Shown here piece after piece: positions 40,447 to 52,718 of a stretch of DNA of 64,000 nt. Positions within the stretch are counted from its first letter, which is position 1. Every line of letters begins with the position of its first letter. The notes beneath the pieces are model-generated. The model did not search any database. It saw only the letters and a program-made list of their open reading frames with translations, and was not told the DNA's origin. Source of the stretch: Chlorokybus atmophyticus. Its lineage: Eukaryota; Plantae; Mesostigma and Chlorokybus algae. The translations under genes were made by a program, and so were the position numbers. Location: contig RHPI01002262.1 of the NCBI GenBank assembly GCA_009103225.1, forward strand, positions 847,213 to 911,212, given 5' to 3'.

Positions 40447-43400
40447 ATGGCGCTGGGCCGGGTGCTCGGCGCCGGCCGGGTGGGCCTCCGGAGGGCCTGG
40501 CCGACCGGGCTTCACCGCTTCAGGGAGCTTATGGTGGCTTCCTCCTCGACTTTGTCGTCGGAATCTTCTATATACCGCAGACACTTCTCCTCCTCTGCTG
40601 CCCCACCACCACCTCCTCCTCCTCCTGGCCCTGCCACCGCCGCTGCTCCAGGTAGACTTACTAAGTGACCAACGTGCTGACTCTTCGTGACTTGTCATGA
40701 GCAGCATTCACCGCATGGGAGGTCGCTTTCAACATGCATAACAAGCAACTACTTGTTAACGGCCAGTTTCTGTTTGGTGTGTCTTGCATGCTAAATTGTT
40801 TCGGTTGCAGCGGTCTTGAACTCATGCGTGTCACTTGCATCAGCAACAAGTTGCTGGTTGACAGTAAGGGTCAACTCAGTACAAGTGCAAGCATGCGTCT
40901 CCAGATCCAGCGCTTGGCATATTGCATGCTGTTCTCAAACACCGCCGCAGTCATGATCTGATAAAGTTGGCATGTGCAGTGTCCTTGCAGAAGTTGCACG
41001 ATAACTTCCTTGATGGCACGAGCAGCACGTACCTCGAGTCGCTCGAGAAGGAATGGGCAAAGGACCCGTCCTCGGTGCACCCTACATGGCGCACTGTGTT
41101 TGACAGTCTTAAAGAGGGCACAGTTGACAACGAACGCTACCGAGCATTCTCACAGGTATGATATTCCTACTTCATCACTGTCAAAGTTATTCGCAATGCA
41201 TGCAAGGACATTGCTCATCAGCATACGTGTTGCACTTGCAGGCTGTGGCATTGAAGGCAGCGTCTTCTGCTGATATCCGCCCGGATGAATTAGGCAAGGT
41301 GATTCAGGAGAGCATGCGGTTGCTGCTGTTGGTGCGCGCGTACCAGGTGCAAGGCCACATGATTGCCAACCTGGACCCACTTGGATTGACGCAACCCAAG
41401 ATGCCGGCCGAACTTGACCCCGCGCTGTACGGCTTCAGTGACGCAGACATGGATAGGAAGTTCTTCCTCGGCACGTGGCGCATGAAAGGCCTGTTGCATG
41501 AGCAGACCCCCGTGCGGACGCTGAGGTCAATACTCGAGCGGCTGAAACGCGTATACTCCGGCAACATCGGGTTTGAGTACATGCACATCCCGGATCGTGA
41601 CCGGTGCAACTGGCTTCGGGAACGCATTGAAGACCTCAATCACAGGCGCTATGGCAAAGCAGAGAAAGAGGTGCTTCTGGACCGGCTCATGTGGGGCACA
41701 GAGTTCGAGAGCTTCCTGGAGTCCAAGTGGACATCAGCTAAGAGGTTTGGTCTGGAGGGCGGTGAAACCCTCATTCCAGGGATGAAAGCTCTCATTGATC
41801 GAAGTGCTGATCTCGGGGTGGAGAGCGTTGTCATTGGCATGCCACATCGCGGGCGTCTTAATGTACTTGCAAATGTTGTGCGCAAGCCCATGGCGCAGAT
41901 CTTCAGCGAGTTCTCAAAGGGTGTGGCGCCCATCAAGTCCGAAGACCCCGCGCAGTTCATTGGCTCCGGTGATGTCAAGTACCATCTCGGTACGTCATAC
42001 GATCGCCCAACGCGTGGCGGCAAGCGCGTGCATCTGTCTCTCATTGCCAACCCAAGCCACCTCGAGGCTGTGGATCCGGTTGTTGAAGGCAAGACGCGCG
42101 CGAAGCAGTACTTTTCGCAAGACTTCTCACGTGACAAGAACATGGCTGTCCTCCTGCATGGCGATGGTAGCTTTGCTGGTCAAGGAGTTGTTTTTGAGAC
42201 CTTTGATATGAGCAACCTGCCGGAGTACACTACTGGTGGCACTGTGCACATTGTTGTCAACAATCAGGTACACAGTCTGCATGTGCTCTGTACATTTGTC
42301 ATCAAGTTGTGTTTGTGATTGGAATTCAAGTTTAGCTTGCTTGCTGACTTTGCTGGCAACAGGTGGCATTCACAACGGATCCCAAGTACAGCAGGTCCAG
42401 CGCTTATTGCACAGATGTGGCCAAGGCGCTTAATGCACCTATATTCCATGTCAATGGAGATGATCCAGAGGCTGTCCAGTATGTTTGCGAGCTGGCGGCC
42501 GAGTGGCGTCAGCGATGGAAGGAAGATGTGGTCATTGACATTGTAAGTGATCATGCACTGCATACCCTGCACATGCTGCATGTTGCATAGCCCGCTTGCA
42601 GCAGCTCATAATGCAACCATTGTGCAGGTATGCTACAGGAAGTTTGGTCACAATGAGATTGATGAGCCGTCCTTCACACAGCCATTACTTTACCAGCGCA
42701 TCCGATCGCACACACCAGCTCTGAGTGAGTGCTTACTGCAATTGGTGGTTTGCACTGCTTGATGCTGTGCTTAACTCCTCTCTGCATGTGACACAATGGC
42801 CACTCTGTACAAATGGCTGGTCGGAAGGTCAGTGCGTTGACTGATGCAGTTGTCTCCGTGCAGGTTCTTACTCAAAGAAGCTGATTGATTCTGGGGAGTT
42901 TACGGATGCAGAGGTCAAGGCCATGGACGACCGCGTGAGGTCCATCCTGAATGAAGAGTTTGAGAACAGCAAGACTTACACGATGAAGGATGTCGATTGG
43001 TTGGCGTCTCATTGGAAGGGTTTCCGCGGCCCGGGCCAACTGTCTCGTATCAGGAACACGGGTGTACCAAAGAAGATCCTTGAAGATGTTGGCCGCGCAA
43101 TTACCACCCTACCTGAGGGTTTCAGTGCACATCGGTATGTGACGCGTTGCCAAGGGCGATCCCAGGCTACGCATAGCCAATTGTCTAGCTGGTGCTAATG
43201 TGTCATTGCCTCTGCAGTGCGCTGAAGAGAGTGTATGAAGCAAGGCGGCAGATGATTGAGACTGGTGAGGGTATTGACTGGGGAACGGCGGAGGCGTTGG
43301 CATTCGGCACGCTGCTTGTCGAGGGCAACCACGTGCGTTTGAGTGGGCAGGACGTGGAGCGGGGAACATTTTCCCATCGCCACTCTGTCGTACATGATCA

Positions 43401-44496
43401 GAAGACGGGTGAACGCTACATTCCCTTGAGTCATGTTGTTCCTGACGCCCCTCCCGGCTTGTTCACTGTTTGCAATAGCTCCCTCTCTGAGTTTGGCGTG
43501 CTGGGCTTCGAGCTTGGCTACTCAATGGAGTCGCCCAATTCGCTCGTGTTGTGGGAAGCGCAGTTTGGGGACTTTGCCAACGGCGCACAGGTCATTATTG
43601 ACCAGTTCCTGTCTTGTGGTGAGGCCAAGTGGCTGCGGCAGACCGGGCTGGTGTGTTTGTTGCCCCACGGGTACGATGGACAAGGGCCAGAGCACTCATC
43701 GGCGAGGTTGGAACGGTTCCTGCAGCTTGCGGATGACAACCCTGCAGAAATACCCCCCATGGACCCTTCAGTCCGCACGCAGCTGCAGCAGTGCAATTGG
43801 CAGGTCTGCAACGTGACCACTCCAGCAAACTACTTCCACGTGCTGCGACGACAAATTCACCGCGACTTCCGTAAGCCTCTCATCATAATGTCGCCGAAGA
43901 ACCTCCTTCGCCATCCCAAGGTCAAGTCCCACATCACCGAGTTTGATGACGAGCAGGGCCATCCCGACTGGGACAAGCAGGGCACCCGCTTCAAGCGCAT
44001 AATCAAGGACAAGGGCAACCACCAGGCCAAGGAGACGGGCTTCAAGCGACTGGTCCTGTGCAGTGGCAAAGTGTACTACGAACTTGATGAGCTGCGCGAA
44101 TCGCTCGGCCTCAACGATACGGTCGCCATCTGCCGCGTGGAGCAGATCTGCCCCTTCCCTTGGGACCTCATCCAGCGCGAGATTAGGCGCTACGAGGGTG
44201 CGGAGATAGTGTGGGCACAGGAGGAGCCCATGAACATGGGAGCGTGGAGCTACGTCTTCCCTCGCATGCACACAGTGCTCAAGGTATGGCTGCTGAGATG
44301 TCAATTGCAGGTAATCCTGACGTGTTGTATGCATTGTAACTTAACATATAGCGCATCATTGCAGGGAGAGGGCAGGAGTATTGATGAGCTGAGGTATGTT
44401 GGACGGCTGCCAGCCGCATCTCCTGCAACAGGCTATCTGGAGCAGCACAAGAGAGAGCAGACGCAGCTGGTCAAGGAAGCAGTCACCTTGGAGTAA
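40447..44496 (+). CDS. OGDH: 2-oxoglutarate dehydrogenase E1 component, mitochondrial, eight exons
   Basis: Arg/Ser-rich presequence [16 protein letters not shown]; [12 protein letters not shown]; [15 protein letters not shown]; KRFGLEGGE; [11 protein letters not shown]; DVKYHLG; NPSHLE; [14 protein letters not shown]; [16 protein letters not shown]; [14 protein letters not shown]; [20 protein letters not shown]; [12 protein letters not shown]. All introns GT-AG and in frame. Confidence 0.98.
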
Positions 44497-45191
44497 ATGG
44501 GGCAATTTTGTGTGCAGTAGCAGTGTGACGTTGTGTACTGTGTATAACTACCAAGCATGCTAGGCTTGTAATGCTACGAAGCCGGTGGCCTGCCAGTTGC
44601 TGCTGGCCTTCCTGCATGAATAGCTATAAGACCGGCTTCTGCACAGTTTTGCATTGAGCAGTTGCTGTTAAGGCGTGCGCATCATCCTGCGGGTGCAGGA
44701 TGCACTGCAGTTCAACGATCTTAATATGTGAACCACTGTTGCCACGTGCTGTATTGCATTTGCTGTATAGATCTCAGTCCGGTATATACACATGGACAAG
44801 GTTGGGCTACCGTTACCTACCTACCAGTAGTAGCCGTGTTTGCCATATTGTGAGGTAATTACTCGTATTCACACGTGTACTGGGTAGGCAGTTACGTGTC
44901 CCTGCGTAGCACACAACAACAATTACTGCAAAGTATGCACTCAGCATGCACGATACAGCTCTTGGACATGGCTGCACGTAACCACTGGGCGACGGCCACA
45001 AGTTCAACATCACACACCCTTTTTGACCTGAAGTCATCATCTGTAAGGACACATGAAGATCATGCAATGGAGTTGTATAAGCAATTGCACAGGGTATCAG
45101 CTACATTTAGCGTTTGCCTTCCATCCTGGGGTGGGGGGTGATCCTAGGTCACACACACGCACCGCGTGTACCTTGTACAAAGGATATGCCC

Positions 45192-45880
45192 NNNNNNNNN
45201 NNNNNNNNNNNNNNNNNNNNNNNNNNNNNNNNNNNNNNNNNNNNNNNNNNNNNNNNNNNNNNNNNNNNNNNNNNNNNNNNNNNNNNNNNNNNNNNNNNNN
45301 NNNNNNNNNNNNNNNNNNNNNNNNNNNNNNNNNNNNNNNNNNNNNNNNNNNNNNNNNNNNNNNNNNNNNNNNNNNNNNNNNNNNNNNNNNNNNNNNNNNN
45401 NNNNNNNNNNNNNNNNNNNNNNNNNNNNNNNNNNNNNNNNNNNNNNNNNNNNNNNNNNNNNNNNNNNNNNNNNNNNNNNNNNNNNNNNNNNNNNNNNNNN
45501 NNNNNNNNNNNNNNNNNNNNNNNNNNNNNNNNNNNNNNNNNNNNNNNNNNNNNNNNNNNNNNNNNNNNNNNNNNNNNNNNNNNNNNNNNNNNNNNNNNNN
45601 NNNNNNNNNNNNNNNNNNNNNNNNNNNNNNNNNNNNNNNNNNNNNNNNNNNNNNNNNNNNNNNNNNNNNNNNNNNNNNNNNNNNNNNNNNNNNNNNNNNN
45701 NNNNNNNNNNNNNNNNNNNNNNNNNNNNNNNNNNNNNNNNNNNNNNNNNNNNNNNNNNNNNNNNNNNNNNNNNNNNNNNNNNNNNNNNNNNNNNNNNNNN
45801 NNNNNNNNNNNNNNNNNNNNNNNNNNNNNNNNNNNNNNNNNNNNNNNNNNNNNNNNNNNNNNNNNNNNNNNNNNNNNNNC
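45192..45880. other. Assembly gap (N run)
   Basis: 689 Ns. Confidence 1.
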
Positions 45881-48037
45881 GCCCCCTGGCGCTCTCTATG
45901 TCTCTGTGTGTGTGTGCATGTGCACACACACGCAGAGAAATTGTTGGTAGTAGAGTAGGTAGGAAAGTTAGCAAGTAATAGTAGCCCGATGGTCTACATA
46001 AGCGGTGTGAGCTGCATGTTGATATCATGCTTGGTCCATTGCACGTGTTGCACATATTCTGTACACAATGTCATTTGTATGACACCTTGCATGTGTTGCT
46101 GCGTGCTGACTGGACTACACGTTGTGCATGCGCATGCATGTCCAGCATTTAATGTACACCTACCGCGTGTACCTGCACAAAAACTGCCTCTAGCATATCC
46201 TGTACAAAGGTTATGCCCCGCCCCCCCCCCCCCTTGTATCTCTATATCTCTCTCTGAGCGCGCAAGCGCGCATGCTTACGTATAGTAAATGCATAGGGGA
46301 ATTGCCCATTGAAACCACACCACGCATGCAACACGCTGCATAACGTGTACAAAGAATGCAATGCGGTGATATGAGTATAATTAGGGTAGGTTGACATTGC
46401 TATTTGTATAGTTGGGTGGCATTCCATAAGAGGTAACTACCAATGGCGGTTGAGTAAAAAGGCGTACCTGCTTTGAAGTGGAGCGCCGGCACCACCTACG
46501 ATAGCGACTATAGTAGGGCTGGAGCGCCTTCACTCGATGCCTGCCATCGAGCTGCCATCTAGAGAAGCATCATTCGTGCCGTCTGCCTTTGTGGAGCTGA
46601 ACTCGACTATGCTCTGGGAGGCACTGGTGACGTCGAAAATGTTGGCAACCGATAAACATATAAGCACTAAAACCTATTCCTGGATAGGCCCGCAATGTAC
46701 TTGGCAACGTTCCGGCATTGAGCCGCTTATGGGGGCATAAGGAAATTGGGAGTTGCAAGTAATGTACATGCTCCTCCTTTGTGTGTATAGTACCCGCTGC
46801 AGCTGGTTCGCTGATACAATTAGTCCTTGTGCTTATGAGTTTTGGGCAAGATGAACTGTGCCAGGTGCTGATAAGCAGCTTGCATAGAGCTAATCAGTAT
46901 GTATGCCAGCAGTAACTACTGATGTGACATGTTGAGACTGAAGAGACATGTCTTTCACAGATGTATTGTGCGATACAATGTCTAACCTTGCTGCAATCAT
47001 AAACATTTTGTCAAGAGTGGGCATTGTGTTACTTGTCATAATACATTTACGGTTGAACAATGCAAGACAATGCGCGAAAGTTGAGCGCAGCGTCATCATG
47101 TGCGACACATTACGCCAACGTCAAATCGGGTATGCGATTATGAATATAATAATATAATAATATCACCCGCAAGTTCAATGTCATATTATGCATCAGGTGT
47201 GCAGTGTGTGTCGAATGTGTCATCTATACATATTGCGCTGAAGTGTAACAACAAATTCTATTTGCTCGCTTGCATATGTCTCATTGTCACACACACACAA
47301 TATGCTGTTATGAGCACTCTATCGCAATCAATTTTACAACTCAAGCACTCATGATAGAATGCTTGTGTAAAGTTAGATGCGCAGAGCGCTGTTTTGCTGT
47401 CGCATTCGAATTTCCCATATCTTCGCGAAGGGCAATGGAATCTCTTAGATGCATACTTAGAACTGTACTCTATGCATGTTATTATATAATTGCAAGAATA
47501 CGGCGGCAACCTGCCTGATTCGGGAGGAATTGGTGCAATTGAGGCACCCATCGACCATGTTCATTACATACTATCATTATATCATATGCTCATGCATATT
47601 ACGCAGTGATGCGCAATCATTTTAGAATACTACATGTACATTTGGCCGATATTGAGAGGTCTGCTTATATAGAAATCGTGCAAGCGTCCAACTGGCTTGA
47701 GAATGGGATGGACATTCCTTAACAGAATTACTTGTCAATGACAAGTTGTCATCAGTATGGTAGGCACGCTGTTTTCGGCAAGGCTTGTGCCAGTGGCATG
47801 CATCTTGATTGATGGAGTGGCTTGCATGCGCCACAATTCATGAGTTGCCATACATGTAGCATTCCAAAACCTGACATGTCGCAACACGTGACTTGCGAGA
47901 GGGCCATCCGTACCAAAACCCAGAACGGTTTGTCTAGAGCAAGCCAAGCCGCCCTGGACGCGACGGCCGCGGCGGGCGAGGCCGACGCCGACGCCGACGA
48001 GGAGGCGGAGGACAAGGAGGAGGACCAAGGGTAGGGC

Positions 48038-51000
48038 ATGATGAAGACGGCCGGTGGCGGTGCGGGCATTGCGACGGTCACGGCGATCCTCCTGGCCGCG
48101 GCCCTGCTGTCTGCCCTTACGCCGCCCGCTTCTGGTATGTGCTTTGCTGCTGCTGCGGACGCGGGTGTTGTTGTTGATGATGAGGATGAGGCCAAGGAGG
48201 CGGAGTACAAGTAGGAGGTAATGGCTGTAAGCAACTGACTGGATCTTGCTCGTCCTGTGCAGGTAATGTGTATTACACTAGCTGGCTGGCCACCATAGTG
48301 CTGGGGCACAACTTCACGGACTACCTGCAGTCGCCAGTGGCCTACCGGGCGGGCCTGGCCGGCGACATTGCCGCTGCCCTCAATGTCACCCTCAGTGACG
48401 TCGTTCACGTGCGTGGCGCCTTCTACCACGTCAAGGGCTTGCAAGCCGTTATCCAATTTGTCAACAACCATGGCGCCGGTCACTCCCCCCGGAATCTGGC
48501 TGAAACCCTAGTGGCTGCAGATTACACCCAGGCTGGAAGGTATTGTATGACACACATAACATCAGTGTGGCTTGCGCCCCTAAGCTACACATACGCGTGT
48601 GCCAACTTCATGACTACGGCATGTCATGCTTGTCCTGAGAGATTTAAGCTTCGCGTGTCGATAGTACTTGCTGTTGTCGCCTCGTGCGATTGAGTCTGAA
48701 AAAACATTGAAGCGAAGAGTGTGATGCCTGTTCATCGCATTGCTTACATACATTGTCTGTAGGCCACTAACACTAAACGATAAACATTCAACTTGTTGTG
48801 GTCGTCTATTGAAATTGTAGCATAGGTAAAGGTTGTTTGACTATCTTTGTGTTTATGCGTGTGCTTTCTGCAGTTTGTGCCTACACATTGCGGGCTGGTT
48901 AGTCACATTTGTGCGCGCGCAAGCATGCGTGTCCTGACTTCTGCTTTACTAAGTGCTTGAGTGTGTATTCAATAGGTATTTAAGAGAAGCCATCCGCGGG
49001 TTGGATGTTGGTTTGGGTGCAATTGGCGCGAGAGCTGTCCCGCAATGTGAAAGCTGTTCAGACACCTATCAGATGCGTCCTCCGCCGTTCTTCGAGTGCA
49101 ACTGCGTGCGTGCATTGGACGTGCACTTGCGTCTGGGCCGGGCGGTACCCAACGCAACGCTTGCGAGCATGACTCTTGGCTTCCGGATGGCGGCGGTACT
49201 AAAGTCCCGCCCCAACCTCTTGAGCTTTGACTACAACCCAACCAACAAATCGATGATCATACATGTGTTCCCGCCGCCGGGGCAGCATGTGGTCCCGCCG
49301 GTTCACACGTCCGAAATGGTCAAAATCATGACAAAGAGGACCACCAACATGCAGCGCGTGCTCGGGTCTTTTGTTGTGCAGATGATCGCACTTGGGAGCC
49401 ACTTGCCGATGAAGTATTGGGCCCCGCCGCAGTATGACTACCCGTGCTACGTGGACTGTGGACCCACGCCAAACGTGAACACCGAGCCGTGGCTCGCGCG
49501 TGTCACGCTGCTGCGTGGGTACTCTGCGTACAAAGACAACCCCGCGCAGACCTTTGCGCAGCTTGCTGCCGACGCTGAAGTACTTATGACGCGACTCACC
49601 CCTGCTCAGGTGAGCTGCTGCTACTGCTGCTGTTGTTGTTATTGTTGTAACTATGTCTGTGTGTACGTGCTTCTTGTGTGAAGTTTCCACCAACCTTGTA
49701 GTCAATGTCACCGTCCACATCAACATTATTGTCATTATCGCCGTCATCATCATCAACAACAACAACAACAACAACAACAACATCGTATCATGGTCATCAA
49801 CAGCAGTTGCAGCAACTCTATCACCATTAAGAACATTGGCATCATCACCGCGTTACGGGTTGAGGCTTACATGTGTTTTTGTGTGCGTCAGTTGCAAGTG
49901 GCAGGGGTTATTCCTGTCGAGCAAGATGCAATGCTTGTGGTCCTCGAGGTGTCGTATGACGAGGGGCAGTTATGGAATCCCGGCAACTTGACCCGACAGC
50001 TGGCAAGCCGCTTGCTGTCAATGAGCCCGATCCTGCAAAACACCACATTGTTCAGGTTCTATGACAACTCAACCGCACCCGACTTGTTACCAACACCCGG
50101 TGAGTATTATACATACAGTGTGGTGTTGTTGTGTGTATGTATTCTGTGTGGAGGTGTGGCGCGTGCATGCGCAACTGCGCACGTGCGAGGCACACAATTT
50201 ACGACAAATCCGATACATATTAACATGTGTGCGAACTGTGCAGCTTGCGCGGCGTGTTCAGACCCACGCAAAGAGCTCAGGCCGCCACCTTACTTCACAT
50301 GCGATTGCGTGGCGCCGTTGTTCCTCAACATCACGCTCTCGGACACATTGAGCGCGGCTTATCATGCCTCAGGCCAGCTGTCTGTTCGCTTTGCCGACGC
50401 CATCGGCACCGACCCTTCCTTAGTCACCATCGAGTACTTTTCTCCCACTCTCGCGCAAGTCATTGTGTTCCCGCCTCCCATTGCAACCTTTGCTTATGAT
50501 GCCGACATCGCACCCGTCGTGCGGCTATTCAGAGGCGCCAACGGGCCGATACCGATGCAAGACGTGTTATCGGGGCCTCAGGCCTTGATATCGGCCTCAT
50601 TCGGTGGGAAGATTGTGTTCGAAATCAATGCCGCCTCGCCATCGCCCCCGACTTTCGACCCACATTCCAATGCACCCGTTGTGATGGACTTAATGTTGGC
50701 ATCCCCGTACAGTTCTTATTCAATCGACCCGCAGGCGTTTGAAGCCAGCTTTATTTCCGATCTCATGAGTATGGCTAAACGTGCGATTCCTAACCTTGTG
50801 GCCGTCACAACCAAAGTCACAGGCGCAGCGCCTACCGACACCGGGATGCAGGTGTGTATATGTTTTGCTTGTGTGCAAGTGCATGGTAAGACAAGCTTTT
50901 GTGCCCACGGCGACATTCTGTGCATCTCCGAGCGACTGCATACTTGTGCGCGTGCGCGTGCGCGTGCGTGTGCGTGTGCGTGTGCGTGTGCGTGTGCGTG

Positions 51001-52320
51001 TGCGTGTGCGTGTGCCTGTGCATGGTATGTATGGCCAGGTAGATGTGTGGCGACGCTGTTTTTGTATGTGCATACAGCAGACAATGTCTCATATACCACA
51101 AGTGCAGCAGTGTCTTGCGCACGCCATTGCATGCTTGTGTGCCACACATACACACGCGTCTTTTTGGGAAACAAAGCACAACCTTTGCGCAGGTTTCACT
51201 CGTCATCAGTGACGTGTTGGGCAGCACGCCAGGCGACGTGGCGGCATATCTTCGTGACGCGTCGACAACATACCCACCCGTGCTCCCGAGCATCATCGAT
51301 CGGAGCTTCATCCCAACATTGAGCGCAGTCCCTTCCTGTGCGGCGTGCCCACCGTTGCAGGCCACAAGGCCACCACCGACATTGCACACATGCGAGTGCG
51401 TGACACCTGTGACGGCCCAAATTACTCTCACCAGCCCTCGCGCATACCAACACAACGACTCGCTTTGGCTTCATGAGCGCCTTGCGGAAGCGTTGGGTGT
51501 TGAGCCGAACCTCCTCGTGAGCGTTCTTGACGACAAAGCCACAACCCTCACAATCCAGGTGTTCCCGCCATCTCCGGCAAACGCCCTTCGCGGCCCCGAT
51601 GTTGCCCACCTTCTGGACCGCCTCCTCCTTCGTCTTCATGGCCAACACACCCCACTTGAACTGTTACTTGGCAGGTACGTGTGTTTGCATGCGCATGTGT
51701 GCACGCGCGCGCGCGCGTGCGTGACTAACACCACACACCACATTGGCCTAACATAACATCTTGATAACTTGCTGCCCAAAACGCTTATAGAATTTGTCGC
51801 ATCGCATAACATGTGCATGGTTGTGTTCATCCAACATGTTTGCAAGATTGACTGAGTTGTTGAGTGCGTGTGTGCAACATGCGTGACACTTCCAACTGAC
51901 ATCCTTGCGTGGTGCAGTTTTAGGCTGGAGACGCTGTATGCGGGCGCGGAGTTGTGGTACAGTGCGCCCGCGCTGGACTCGCAGAGGGCGGGAGGGTCCA
52001 ACATGGTGCTGGCGTCCTCCGCGGGGGCATTGCTCGGGACATTGGGTGTGTGCATGGCGGCGACGGCGTGCATGATGCTCTGTTTTGCATTGGTGATAAG
52101 GTGTGCTATGTGGCGTGGAGGAGGAGCACACATGCCCAACAAACTCTCCTACACGCCTGCGCCGCACACCCACAAAACCCAACCTCATGTCGAGGTTGTG
52201 ATGCACACCAAACGTGTACCAATCTCGGAGATTTGTGAAGTGGTGTCACCCACCAACCATCAGGTGTTCCCAATGACTCTGGTTGCCAGGCCAACACCCG
52301 GCATGGCAGTGCAACAGTAG
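48038..52320 (+). CDS. Type-I membrane receptor-like protein (~900 aa, seven exons) with three Cys-capped ALE2/LRR-VIII-like ectodomain units and no kinase
   Basis: Signal peptide MMKTAGGGAGIATVTAILLAAALLSAL; three CxxC-x9/10-PPP-x3/4-CxCV motifs at ~49047, ~50244 and ~51337; TM segment ALLGTLGVCMAATACMMLCFALVI at ~52027; ~70-aa tail ending GMAVQQ*. In-frame GT-AG joins traced. Confidence 0.8.
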
Positions 52321-52718
52321 TCATGTGTAGCAAAACAGTCGCGATGTCATAAAAGGATGCGCATTTGTGGTTTTGGCAGTAGAAAGGTTGGAATAAGGAT
52401 ACAATATTTGTCCATAGGCAGTGGTATGTAAATAGTTACTATATTTGGAATTAATCGGACACCGCTTTGTGGGTGCAGCTAAATTATGAACTTGAGTTGG
52501 TAGCAGAGCGCTCTTTACGTTGTTGTGGGGGTGTTTATGCAAGGTGGCTTGGGTGCATGTGGTTGTACCATGTAGAGCGTTGACACTTGACGATGTGCAC
52601 ATATACATTTTATGAGTTATCAACTTATGTCGAAATTCGCGTGTATTACAATGCCCATAAAGTCTGCCCCTTGACTGCTGCCAACGCTGAGCTACATGAT
52701 GTACACGTGCACACGCAT

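Noticed and set aside
45053-46055. Long ORFs spanning the N gap (also 12690-13072)
   Set aside because: They are open only because Ns contain no stop codons.
47822-48034. Acidic ORF ending in frame one codon before the receptor ATG (possible uORF or read-through)
   Set aside because: The signal peptide starts cleanly at 48038. A GC-rich low-complexity leader explains the ORF and nothing supports its translation.
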